A stretch of DNA of 64,000 nucleotides from an uncultured Candidatus Saccharibacteria bacterium (GCA_964643135.1 CAZXPC010000003.1:6152-70151), one strand, 5' to 3'; positions 10,102-19,264 are shown, counted from the stretch's first letter. Numbers and translations are program-made. Notes: generated by a model not told the origin, from the letters alone.

Positions 10102-10550
10102 TGGTCATCCATTCTAAAAGCGCGACTGACACCGAGAAACTGGCTGGCTATTTGGCTAAGAAAATTTTAGATGCCGGCGCGCGTAAGAGCGCGGTGGTTG
10201 TTTCGCTAATTGGTCCGCTCGGCGCCGGCAAAACTCATTTTACGAAGGCTTTTATGAAAACACTAGGCGTAAAAGACACGATTACTAGCCCGACTTTTAA
10301 TATCATGAAGATTTATGAGATTCCGCAGAAAACATCTAAGGAGTTTAGGAGCGCTTATCATATCGATGCCTATAGAATAAAATCTCATGATTTATTAAAA
10401 CTAGGCTTTAAAGACATAATAACTGACCCGGCTAACATTGTTTTAATCGAGTGGGCTGATATTGTGAAAGACATTCTGCCCGAAGGAGCAATCAATATAG
10501 AAATCGAGCATGCAAAAGCAGAGAATGAGCGTAAGATTAAGTTAGGATAA
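10101..10550 (+). CDS. tsaE: tRNA threonylcarbamoyladenosine biosynthesis ATPase TsaE
   Basis: P-loop GPLGAGKTHFTKAF. Length of about 150 aa is typical of YjeE. Confidence 0.85.
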   Translation: MVIHSKSATDTEKLAGYLAKKILDAGARKSAVVVSLIGPLGAGKTHFTKAFMKTLGVKDTITSPTFNIMKIYEIPQKTSKEFRSAYHIDAYRIKSHDLLKLGFKDIITDPANIVLIEWADIVKDILPEGAINIEIEHAKAENERKIKLG

Positions 10551-11425
10551 TGAAAACATTATTTATAATCGATGCCAACTCTTTGATCCACCGGGCTTAT
10601 CATGCCCTTCCCCAATTTACTTCTCCGGCCGGTAAGCCGAGCGGCGCTATTTACGGCATCTCGAGCATCCTGCTTAAAATATTAAAAGAAAAAAAGCCGG
10701 ACTATATCGCGGCGGCTTTTGACGGACCGGAAGATACTTTTCGCCATGGCGAATATGCCGACTATAAAGGCCACCGGGCTAAAACCGACGACGAACTGGT
10801 TTCACAATTAATCGAAGCGCCCAATACTTTTAAAACTTTTGGCATCAAAACTTTTTTTGCCCACGGGTATGAGGCTGACGACATAATTATGACCTTGGCT
10901 AAAAAATTTGCTTCGGGTGAAGTCCAGGCGCATATGTATTCGGGTGATTTTGATTTGTCGCAGGGAGTTGAAGACAACAAAATTATTTTAGAAACTCCTA
11001 AGAAGAGTATTAGCGAGAGCGCGATTTATGATGAAGCAGCGGTGCGTGAAAGGTTCGGAGTCGAGGCGAGACAAGTGCCAGACTATAAGGGATTGGTTGG
11101 CGACGCATCTGACAACATTCCCGGCGTAGCAGGGATTGGGCCTAAAACTGCAGTCGAGCTTATTACCAAATATGGATCGATTGAGGCGATGTACGAAGAA
11201 ATCGAAAGCCTGGGCATGTCGAACACAAAATTAATGAAGAAGCTTCAGGATGGCAAGGCTGCGGCGCTGATGTCTAAGCGCTTGGCGATTCTGAGAACAG
11301 ATGTGCCGATGGAAGTTAAACTGGAAGACTTAAAAGCGACCCAACCAAATTTTCATGAGCTGAAGAATTACTTTACGGAAATGGGTTTCGGCAGCCTCAC
11401 GGCCAGATTGGAGCGTGAAATTTAA
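10550..11425 (+). CDS. Stand-alone 5'-3' exonuclease / flap endonuclease (PolI N-terminal-domain homolog)
   Basis: N-terminus MKTLFIIDANSLIHRAYHALP. Acidic metal-binding clusters. C-terminal H3TH region. No polymerase domain follows. Confidence 0.85.
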   Translation: MKTLFIIDANSLIHRAYHALPQFTSPAGKPSGAIYGISSILLKILKEKKPDYIAAAFDGPEDTFRHGEYADYKGHRAKTDDELVSQLIEAPNTFKTFGIKTFFAHGYEADDIIMTLAKKFASGEVQAHMYSGDFDLSQGVEDNKIILETPKKSISESAIYDEAAVRERFGVEARQVPDYKGLVGDASDNIPGVAGIGPKTAVELITKYGSIEAMYEEIESLGMSNTKLMKKLQDGKAAALMSKRLAILRTDVPMEVKLEDLKATQPNFHELKNYFTEMGFGSLTARLEREI

Positions 11426-11445
11426 ATATCTTAACTGCCTGGCTT

Positions 11446-12615
11446 TTGCTAGAATATAACCAGATGCCATTTTTTAAATCTGAAAAACCTAACGACCGAG
11501 AAGTTCAAATTATCTCGGCTAGATACGCGGCCATAATGAACATCTTGAGGGATGCGGTTATTGTTTATGATAATACTTTCAAGGTTTTGCTCTTCAACCC
11601 GTCGGCGGCTAAAATTTTCGGCCTCACGCCGGAAGAAGTTATTGGGCAATCTTTTACGCCCAGCAGGGCCGCTGAATTGAAATACCGAGCTTTAGTTCAA
11701 ACTCTTTTTCCGTCGCTTGCCCCCGCGGTTGTTAATAAATCTGATCCCGGCATCTATCCGCAAGTGGCCGAGATCAGCTTTACCGAGCCGGAATTGTATT
11801 TGAGGGTGGCGACTTCCCCTATCGGCGAAGCTGGCCGGAATCTTTTTGTAAAAGTTGTGACCGATATAACCAAGGAGGTCGAATTGAAGAAAGCTAAATC
11901 AGAATTTATATACGCGGCGGCTCACCAGCTTCGCGCACCTCTTACCACTATTGGGCGGGCACTGGAAACATTGAATGGCGACCCGGCAATCAAAGGTGGG
12001 AGCAGGGAAACTCTGGATCAGGGCTCTGAAGCCGATAAAAGATTAACTAAAATCTTGGATGATCTCTTAAATGTATCAAGGATTGATGAAGGGCAGTTGG
12101 GATACACCATGGAGATGCTTGACCTGATCCCGTTCCTTAACAGTCTTTTGGAGGGTGCTCGAGATTATGTATCTAAATCAAACCTCAAACTCAAAATAAA
12201 CTTTGAAAACGAGATTGGTAAATTAATGTTATATTTTGACCCCGATCGATTAGGCATGGCGATTTCCAACATTCTTGATAACGCCATCAAATACAATGTG
12301 GAAAATGGAGAAGTTACTTTTAGGACAGAGCTTCTTAAGGGTAAGCCGTACCTTCAGATCAGCATTTCTGATACCGGCATCGGCATTCCTAAAGAAAAAA
12401 TACCCGACGTTTCCACTAAATTCTTCAGGGCCGAGAATGCTAAGAAAGCGCTGGCTGAAGGCATGGGTTTAGGAATGTATATCTCACAAAGCATAATTAA
12501 GAGGCACGGCGGCTCGATGTGGATCGATTCGGAAATTGGCCGGGGCACAACTGTATATTTTACTTTGCCGACAGATCCCAAGCTGGTGCCGACAAGGGAA
12601 TTTGTCTATGCCTGA
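11446..12615 (+). CDS. PAS-domain sensor histidine kinase
   Basis: H-box AAAHQLRAPLTTI. G-boxes GMGLGMYISQSII. HATPase_c C-terminus. Confidence 0.85.
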   Translation: MLEYNQMPFFKSEKPNDREVQIISARYAAIMNILRDAVIVYDNTFKVLLFNPSAAKIFGLTPEEVIGQSFTPSRAAELKYRALVQTLFPSLAPAVVNKSDPGIYPQVAEISFTEPELYLRVATSPIGEAGRNLFVKVVTDITKEVELKKAKSEFIYAAAHQLRAPLTTIGRALETLNGDPAIKGGSRETLDQGSEADKRLTKILDDLLNVSRIDEGQLGYTMEMLDLIPFLNSLLEGARDYVSKSNLKLKINFENEIGKLMLYFDPDRLGMAISNILDNAIKYNVENGEVTFRTELLKGKPYLQISISDTGIGIPKEKIPDVSTKFFRAENAKKALAEGMGLGMYISQSIIKRHGGSMWIDSEIGRGTTVYFTLPTDPKLVPTREFVYA

Positions 12616-13546
12616 GTTGCCCGAAGTACAAACGATGGCGAGCGACCTGGATAAGCTTATTAGCAGTAAAAAAATTACCGGTGTTTGGTTTGATAGTCCG
12701 AGTCAAATATCGGTTATGACTTCGGCTAAAGTGATGTACCGAGGCAAAGTTAAAGACAGGCTGAATCTGAGCGCCGGTGAAGAAAACCAGAAACTTTTTA
12801 GGAAGATGCTTATTGGTTCAAAGATCAAAGATGTTTCCCGCCGGGCCAAAAATGTTTTGATTAACCTAAGCGGTAATAAAATCCTCTTGGTGCATCCGAA
12901 GATGACCGGGCATTTACTGGTCGGCAAGTGGTCTCTTAAGGACAATAAGCCCGTTCCCCTTTCTCCGGCCGGGATCAAGGAGAAAATTAATGGCCATATT
13001 CATCTGATTATCTTTTTAAGCAATGGCCGAATGGTCGGCTTGTCTGACGCCAGAAAGTTCGCCAAGGTTTTGCTGGGCGATCACGATGTGATCATGAAGT
13101 CGCGCGATTTAAAGGACTTGGGGCCGGAACCGCTCACTAAAGAGTTTGATTTAAACGCGCTTAGGGAGATCGTTAAAAACTCGAGGGGCAAAGTTAAACA
13201 ATTTTTATTAAATCAGGAAAAGATAGCGGGCATCGGGAATATTTATGCCGACGAAATCTTGTGGCTCACGAAGATCCATCCCCTTACTCGAGTGGAGAAC
13301 CTAAAAGACAAGCAAATCGAAAATATATTTAAAGCGATCAAACATATTTTAAATGAAGCTGTCAGATTTCGCGGGACTTCTAAAACTGATTATCGCGACC
13401 CTTCGGGCAGAAAAGGAACATATATAGAACACCTCTCTGTTTATGGAAGACGCGGCGAGAAGTGCTCTCGGTGCGGTACCAAAATTGAACGCATTGTGAT
13501 CGGCGCCCGTTCGGCCCATTTTTGCGCTAAATGTCAGACGCGATAG
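12608..13546 (+). CDS. mutM: Formamidopyrimidine-DNA glycosylase (Fpg/MutM)
   Basis: The N-terminus MPELPEVQT gives the Fpg catalytic Pro2/Glu3. The C-terminal zinc finger is CSRCGTKIERIVIGARSAHFCAKCQ. The ORF-track start at 12536 is an upstream extension overlapping the kinase. Confidence 0.9.
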   Translation: MPELPEVQTMASDLDKLISSKKITGVWFDSPSQISVMTSAKVMYRGKVKDRLNLSAGEENQKLFRKMLIGSKIKDVSRRAKNVLINLSGNKILLVHPKMTGHLLVGKWSLKDNKPVPLSPAGIKEKINGHIHLIIFLSNGRMVGLSDARKFAKVLLGDHDVIMKSRDLKDLGPEPLTKEFDLNALREIVKNSRGKVKQFLLNQEKIAGIGNIYADEILWLTKIHPLTRVENLKDKQIENIFKAIKHILNEAVRFRGTSKTDYRDPSGRKGTYIEHLSVYGRRGEKCSRCGTKIERIVIGARSAHFCAKCQTR

Positions 13547-13600
13547 CTGAAGCTATCGCTATGTTGCCAAAAGCTGCGAGTTCCCTATTATTAGAGGGAC

Positions 13601-14380
13601 ATGATTATTTTTCTTTACGGTCCGAATTCATATTTGCGCTCCAAGAAGCTAAAAGAGATCTTGGCTGAGTACGGCAGCAGGTTAGGCAATCTTCTTTTGG
13701 AGCGATATGACTTTGAAAGCGATGATGAGGCGTTTAACAAATTTAAATCTTTTATTTCGGGTCGTTCGATGTTCGACTCTAAGAAGTTTGCTGTCGTTGA
13801 TAACGTTTTTGAATTGAAGGAAAAGAAGGAACTGAAGAAAATATTTGAAGACATTTTAAGTGATAAGGAAACCATCGTGATCGCTGTCTCAGATACTAAG
13901 GCGCCGGCATCTTTTTCTTTTTTGCTTGAGAAGCCGGTTGTGTCGCAAGAATTCCCGGCCATTAAAAAAGGCGCAGAACTAAACTCGTTTATTACGAAAG
14001 AAGTGGCGGTGAGAGGCATGAAATTAACCACCGATCAGGTAAGTGACCTCTCTGATGTTTTTGGAGGCGATCTTTGGGCCATCGCGACCGAGTTGGATAA
14101 GATGCGGCTTTCTTCCAAGATCGCGATCCCGCGAGCCCCGAATGAAGATTACTTTAAATTAATTAATACGATTAAAAGCGGTTATGATGTTAAGTCTCGG
14201 CTTTCGGCTCTAGAAATCATTTTAAGCGATCGGGGCGACGAACCGGCCAAAGTTTTTAATATGCTTTGCTACGGTTTTAATTCGCCGGAACTAATTAAAA
14301 AGCTCGCTGATTACGACGTTATGATTAAATCCGGTCGTCTTGAATACGAAGAAGCGCTTTTAGAAATCGCGCTTAGATAA
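13601..14380 (+). CDS. holA: DNA polymerase III delta subunit-like protein
   Basis: N-terminus MIIFLYGPNSYL with a delta-subunit-like fold pattern. It sits upstream of rpsT, as in many bacteria. No strong motif, so the call is tentative. Confidence 0.55.
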   Translation: MIIFLYGPNSYLRSKKLKEILAEYGSRLGNLLLERYDFESDDEAFNKFKSFISGRSMFDSKKFAVVDNVFELKEKKELKKIFEDILSDKETIVIAVSDTKAPASFSFLLEKPVVSQEFPAIKKGAELNSFITKEVAVRGMKLTTDQVSDLSDVFGGDLWAIATELDKMRLSSKIAIPRAPNEDYFKLINTIKSGYDVKSRLSALEIILSDRGDEPAKVFNMLCYGFNSPELIKKLADYDVMIKSGRLEYEEALLEIALR

Positions 14381-14389
14381 AGTAGAAAG

Positions 14390-14415
14390 TAAAACTCCCC
14401 TTTTCGGGGAGTTTT
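14390..14415. terminator. Bidirectional rho-independent terminator hairpin (CTCCCC-TTTT-CGGGGAG flanked by A/T runs), between holA and convergent rpsT
   Basis: Perfect 7-bp GC-rich stem with flanking AAAA / TTTT. Confidence 0.7.
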
Positions 14416-14416
14416 G

Positions 14417-14677
14417 TTATTTAGCGGCTAGTTTGTGCGCGAGTCGAGACTTTAATCTCGAAGCTTTATTCTTTTTGATCAAATTTGTTTTGGCAGATTT
14501 GTCCAAGGCTTTGAAAACAGTTGAAAGATATTTCTTAGCTTCATCGGTTTTCTTTTCAGCGACCAGTTTCTTGAAATTTTTGATTGCGTCTTTCATCTTT
14601 TTCGCGTCGCCAAGATTCTTCTCGCGTCGGCGGACGTTCTGGCGGAAGGCTTTTTTGGCTGATGATGTCTTTGGCAT
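14417..14677 (-). CDS. rpsT: 30S ribosomal protein S20
   Basis: MPKTSSAKKAFRQNVRRREKN is a typical S20 start. Length is 86 aa. Confidence 0.9.
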   Translation of the reverse strand: MPKTSSAKKAFRQNVRRREKNLGDAKKMKDAIKNFKKLVAEKKTDEAKKYLSTVFKALDKSAKTNLIKKNKASRLKSRLAHKLAAK

Positions 14678-14904
14678 GGATTTTATGTATGTGCTACATA
14701 GTACATAACTCCCCTATCCCTGTCAATCTTAAGTAAAAAAAGAGGCCCGTGGTGTTCGACTTTAATTTGTCGAATCCGCTGACGGCTATGCTACTAGGCG
14801 AAAAGGCTTTCCTCACGACCCTGAGAGATCCGGTAGAGGAGTTCTTCCCAGCCTTGGATGTCGAGCTTCCTGGTTCCCCTCGGGTTGCGGTTTCTCATGG
14901 CCTG

Positions 14905-15030
14905 TCACTTCTGTTTGGACCGAGCGAGCTCCCGGTCGAGTTGTTCTTTAGCGGCCTTGGATTCGTTGAGCCAAAGGTACTCACGCCTCAATGTATCCTT
15001 CGCGTTCTCTTCGTCGTCAGAACTGAACAT
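14905..15030 (-). CDS. Candidate 41-aa small ORF (MFSSDDEENAKDTLRREYLWLNESKAAKEQLDRELARSKQK) downstream of a TTGACA promoter module
   Basis: Hand-translated on the minus strand. A TTGACA-17-TTATCC element sits about 45 bp upstream. Competes with the plus-strand GTG-start ORF 14749-15042. Speculative. Confidence 0.25.
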   Translation of the reverse strand: MFSSDDEENAKDTLRREYLWLNESKAAKEQLDRELARSKQK

Positions 15031-15294
15031 GAAATAACCTAAGTCTAGGATAACATGATGGAAGTATTCTTGTCAAGTCCCTGATGGGGATGAAGCTTGG
15101 TCGTGTAAAACATCTGTAAAACAATTTAGCCCCATGTTTTATTGAGTTTATCAGTTTGTTTCACAAAAATGGTTTGTGAGAACGGCAAACATCAGGAATT
15201 CGAGAATTCAAAAAACCTAGTAAAACAGGGGTGTTAAACAAATTTGGGAAACCAGTGTGAGTACGTGAAACAATTGCTTCAGAGGCGGCAAACT

Positions 15295-15654
15295 CTAAAT
15301 ATTCTCGTAGTGTCTTGCCGAATGCGAGTTGCCGTTTAGAGTTATTGTAATAACATCAAGTCTCCAGCCCTTTCCGTCGTCTTTATTTTGGAAGTATATG
15401 TTGGCGTAGACATTACATGCTCGTTTGAACTTCTGAATCTTATGGGAGGTCATTTGGTCCTCTGGCGCTATTTCTCCGCCGGCACTGGTTTTAACCTCGA
15501 CAAAGACCAGGGTGCCATCAGGGTCAATAGTTATTATGTCTATTTCGCCCCACTTTTGGCGATGGTTTCGGGCTATTATTCTGTAACCTTTCTTAGCCAA
15601 ATACCGGCAGGCGAGATCCTCGCCTAATTTACCTGTTTCTGATTTATTATTCAT
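15295..15654 (-). CDS. yraN: YraN family (UPF0102) putative endonuclease
   Basis: GKLGEDLACRYLAKKGYRIIARNHR..GEIDIITID..LVFVEVK, the PD-(D/E)xK-like YraN pattern. Length is 119 aa. Confidence 0.85.
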   Translation of the reverse strand: MNNKSETGKLGEDLACRYLAKKGYRIIARNHRQKWGEIDIITIDPDGTLVFVEVKTSAGGEIAPEDQMTSHKIQKFKRACNVYANIYFQNKDDGKGWRLDVITITLNGNSHSARHYENI

Positions 15655-15743
15655 AATCGATGTTTGCCGTTCTCACAAGTCAAAGGCTATAATTATGTTA
15701 TAGAGTATAACACTAAAACAGTGGGAAACGTGAAACATTACGC

Positions 15744-16208
15744 ATGATCCTTAGTAATGAATATATCAGGGGTTTAATTGATGGAGAAGGCTGCTTTTCC
15801 TTTTGTACTATCCCTAGTTCTAAGAAGTTAGAAGGCAAGTTGATCAGGCAGAAAATCCCGGCTTTCTTACTAAATATGCATGTCAGAGATAAAGATTTGG
15901 TCCAAGGCGTTAGAGATCATTTGGGCTTGCGCAATAGGGTTTACGAATATAGGAGTACCCCATTACACGGGCATAATAAAAGTTATTTGAGAGGGAATAA
16001 GGCAGTGCTAATAGTTAGAGATCTCGGCCAGCTTAAAAATAAAATAGTACCTTTTTTCTACGGTAGGCTGAAAGGACATAAGGGGGAACAATTTAATATT
16101 TGGTTAGACAAGATAGGAAGCGACCCAGAAGTGGTTGATGACTATCGGTTGATATACCGTCTTCACAAGTCGGGTTGGTTTGAAAATAACCCAAAATATT
16201 CAGACTGA
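15744..16208 (+). CDS. Free-standing single-motif LAGLIDADG homing endonuclease
   Basis: YIRGLIDGEGCFSF is the LAGLIDADG motif. The downstream KAVLIVRDLGQLKNKIVPFFYGRLKGHKGEQFNIW matches the LAGLIDADG_3 core. Length is 154 aa. Confidence 0.8.
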   Translation: MILSNEYIRGLIDGEGCFSFCTIPSSKKLEGKLIRQKIPAFLLNMHVRDKDLVQGVRDHLGLRNRVYEYRSTPLHGHNKSYLRGNKAVLIVRDLGQLKNKIVPFFYGRLKGHKGEQFNIWLDKIGSDPEVVDDYRLIYRLHKSGWFENNPKYSD

Positions 16209-16218
16209 AACTTATTTG

Positions 16219-16290
16219 TGCGCGGTGAGGGATTCGAACCCCCGGCCTTGATGGTGTAAACATCCTGCTCTGCCGCTGAGCTAACCGCGC
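16219..16290 (-). tRNA. tRNA-Val (anticodon TAC)
   Basis: Cloverleaf folded by hand. Acceptor GCGCGGT/ACCGCGC. T-arm GGGGG-TTCGAAT-CCCTC. Anticodon loop TTTACAC. Discriminator A. Confidence 0.8.
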
Positions 16291-16390
16291 GTGGTTAATA
16301 CGATATAACAAAATAGATTCGGTTTCAAATTGGTTAGATAAAATCTTTCTGTTTATCTTATTTTGTCTTCGTTGTATCATTTAGTTAACT

Positions 16391-16816
16391 ATGGATCAGA
16401 AACCTGTTTCGTTTGAAAATATTGTTTTGCCCAAAGAACATGAAGAGACCATGCGGTCAATAGGCCAGGAAGTAGTCGAAAGACAAGTTGATTATTCTGC
16501 GGCCGGAATTGAAAAACCGCGCAAAGATATTTTTAAAGAAGTTTTAGGCCAGCGAATGCAAGTTCAAGGCGGATCACCGCAGGCTTCGCCGGCGCCGCAG
16601 ACATCAACCGGCCCATCTGACTCTGATAAGGTGGAAATAAAGAATAAAAGCGAACAGTTGCAGCAGTTGGTTAATATCGCCGCAACCAAGGGCCCAATCG
16701 AGGCGTCGCTCATGGCTCAGAAGATCGGCGACCCTTGGCTCGAAGACCAGCTCCATGATGCCCTGATTTCTTTCCACGATGAATTGGTGAGCAGAAGGAA
16801 GTTGGCTGAAGAATAA
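16391..16816 (+). CDS. Hypothetical protein, translationally coupled to the downstream T4SS-like ATPase
   Basis: 141-aa ORF. Its stop abuts the start of 16817. Confidence 0.45.
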   Translation: MDQKPVSFENIVLPKEHEETMRSIGQEVVERQVDYSAAGIEKPRKDIFKEVLGQRMQVQGGSPQASPAPQTSTGPSDSDKVEIKNKSEQLQQLVNIAATKGPIEASLMAQKIGDPWLEDQLHDALISFHDELVSRRKLAEE

Positions 16817-19264
16817 TTGAAGTTGTATATGGTCATTTTACTAATTTCATTAATTTTAGCGGCGGCCGTTTTGGCGGGAGTCGTGTTTTTCTTGGTCGGC
16901 AAGAAAAGATTGGTGGCCATGGTCACGAGATCGCTGAACTCGAGATTAATTTCGGTTTCGTTGCCCAAGAATTTGGACAAAGAACAGAAGCCAGACAAAG
17001 AAATAATCGCGCCGATGGAACAGTTCTATAGCGCGCTCGGAAGCTTGCACCTCAAAAAAGAGAAATGGTGGGCGCCGAAGCAATACATTGTTTTTGAACT
17101 GGCGGTGCCTCATATCGGGGAACAGATTTCTTTCTATGTTTCAGCCAGAAGCCGGATCATGGCTGATATTCAAAAACAGATCTACGCTTATTTCCCGAAA
17201 GCACAGATTAGCGAGATTGAAGATTATAATATTTTTAACCCGACCGGAGTTTCGGTTGGATCATTTGTGAAATTAGAGCACTCGAGCTCTTTGCCGGTCA
17301 GAACCTACAAGGAGATGGAGACCGATCCGCTCCGCGAAATTACCAATGCCCTTTCAAAATTAAAAGAAGTGGGGGAGGGCGCGGCTTTGCAGCTGGTTCT
17401 CAGACCTGCGAATAAGAGAAATCGGAGCAAGGGAATGGCGATCGAGCATCTTCTACGCCAAGGTAAAACCGTGGAAGGAGCGATGAAAGAAGTCGAAAGA
17501 GGCATTGTTTCAGGCGTCTTAAGAGAACTTTTTTACCCGACCAAGAAAGAAGAGCCCAAGACGGTGCAGCCGCCGATAAAAGTTTCGGAAGATCTAATCA
17601 AGCAGGTTGAGAATAAAATCTCTAAGCCCCAATTCGATGTGAATATCCGTTTAGCGGCCTCAGCTAAAGAGTATCGTGAGGCGAATGACATTTTGCGTCA
17701 GCTCCAGAACGCCTTTTCGCAGTTTAATAATCCCGCCCTGAATCAGTTCGATATTATTGAGCCCAACCCGCGCTCTTTAAAGAAACTGTTCTTTAATTTT
17801 TCATATCGGATGTTCGATGAAAAGCAAAAAATGATCTTGTCTTCAGATGAATTGACCGGTATTTATCATTTTCCGAACACCAAACTTGAGACGCCGAGAA
17901 TTAGAGAGACCAAGTCTAAAGTTTCGGAACCGCCGGCAGAATTGCCGCGCGAAGGCCTTTTGATCGGTAAAAATATTTATCGCGGCGAGGATCGGCCCAT
18001 ATACATGGCCAAAGACGACCGGCGTCGGCACCTCTATATAATCGGACAAACTGGAACCGGTAAGAGTAAGGAGATTCAGAGCATGATTATCCAGGACATT
18101 AGGAATGGCGAAGGCGTCGGGCTCATTGATCCGCACGGCGACATCGCTGAAGATGTTTTAGGCTTTATACCGGAGGAAAGGTACAAAGACGTTGTTTTGA
18201 TCGATCCTTCTAACCTGGCTATGCCGGTTGGGCTTAATATGCTCGAGTTCGACCCGAAATTCCCTGAGCAAAAAACTTTTGTGATTAACGAGCTCATGAA
18301 TATTTTTGACAAGCTCTACGATTTGAAAGCGACCGGCGGGCCGATCTTTGAGCAATATACCCGCAATGCTTTGCAACTCTTAATGGAATACCCGGAGCGG
18401 GGATACACAATTCTGGAAATCCCGCGCGTTTTGGCTGACAAGGAATTCCGAAAAGGCTTGCTCGCAACATGTACTAATATTTTGGTTAAAGATTTCTGGG
18501 AAAAAGAGGCTGAAAAAGCTGGCGGGGAAGCTTCGCTCCAGAATTTGGTTCCTTACATTACTTCCAAATTCAACGTCTTCTTGGGCAACGACTATATCCG
18601 GCCGATTATCGCCCAGTCCAAGAGCACGATCCACTTCCGCGAAATCATGGATGAGAAAAAAATCTTGATTGTTAATTTGACGAAAGGACGGTTGGGAGAT
18701 ATCAACGCCTCGCTTTTGGGAATGATCGTAATCGGCAAGATATTAAAGGCGGCCTTTTCACGAGTCGACATTAAAGATGAGAATTTGAGGAAAGATCTTT
18801 ATTTGTATATCGACGAGTTCCAAAATTTTGCCACCGATTCGATTGCCACCATTTTATCCGAAGCCCGCAAGTACAGGTTAGATTTGATTATTGGCCACCA
18901 ATTTATTGAGCAACTAAAGAAAGAGATTAAAGATGCGGTTTTCGGTAACGTCGGCAATATCATGGCCCTCCGGGTTGGCGCAACCGATGCAGAATTTCTG
19001 GCCAAGCAATTTGAGCCGGTCTTCGATCAGAACGATTTGGTTAATATTGATAACTATCACGCTTATGTGAAACTTTTGATAAATGGAAAGACCACGAAGC
19101 CTTTCTCGATTGAATTTTATCCTCCGGAAAAGGGCGTTACAGGGTTGGCGGACAATATTAGGAAGCTCTCATCTCTTAAATACGGCCGCGAAAGGGCGGT
19201 AGTCGAGAAAGAAATTATGCTTCGCCTGAGACCCGAGTATAAACCGGCGGAGCCGGGGGTCTAA
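16817..19264 (+). CDS. Membrane-anchored FtsK/HerA-superfamily ATPase of the type IV secretion type (VirB4/VirD4/TraG-like)
   Basis: N-terminal TM helix. Walker A HLYIIGQTGTGKSK at about aa 410, followed by IDPHGD. Walker B LYLYIDEFQNF. Length is 815 aa. Confidence 0.7.
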   Translation: MKLYMVILLISLILAAAVLAGVVFFLVGKKRLVAMVTRSLNSRLISVSLPKNLDKEQKPDKEIIAPMEQFYSALGSLHLKKEKWWAPKQYIVFELAVPHIGEQISFYVSARSRIMADIQKQIYAYFPKAQISEIEDYNIFNPTGVSVGSFVKLEHSSSLPVRTYKEMETDPLREITNALSKLKEVGEGAALQLVLRPANKRNRSKGMAIEHLLRQGKTVEGAMKEVERGIVSGVLRELFYPTKKEEPKTVQPPIKVSEDLIKQVENKISKPQFDVNIRLAASAKEYREANDILRQLQNAFSQFNNPALNQFDIIEPNPRSLKKLFFNFSYRMFDEKQKMILSSDELTGIYHFPNTKLETPRIRETKSKVSEPPAELPREGLLIGKNIYRGEDRPIYMAKDDRRRHLYIIGQTGTGKSKEIQSMIIQDIRNGEGVGLIDPHGDIAEDVLGFIPEERYKDVVLIDPSNLAMPVGLNMLEFDPKFPEQKTFVINELMNIFDKLYDLKATGGPIFEQYTRNALQLLMEYPERGYTILEIPRVLADKEFRKGLLATCTNILVKDFWEKEAEKAGGEASLQNLVPYITSKFNVFLGNDYIRPIIAQSKSTIHFREIMDEKKILIVNLTKGRLGDINASLLGMIVIGKILKAAFSRVDIKDENLRKDLYLYIDEFQNFATDSIATILSEARKYRLDLIIGHQFIEQLKKEIKDAVFGNVGNIMALRVGATDAEFLAKQFEPVFDQNDLVNIDNYHAYVKLLINGKTTKPFSIEFYPPEKGVTGLADNIRKLSSLKYGRERAVVEKEIMLRLRPEYKPAEPGV

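Noticed and set aside
16093-16380. 95-aa minus-strand ORF
   Set aside because: It overlaps tRNA-Val and the 3' end of the LAGLIDADG gene, so it is spurious.
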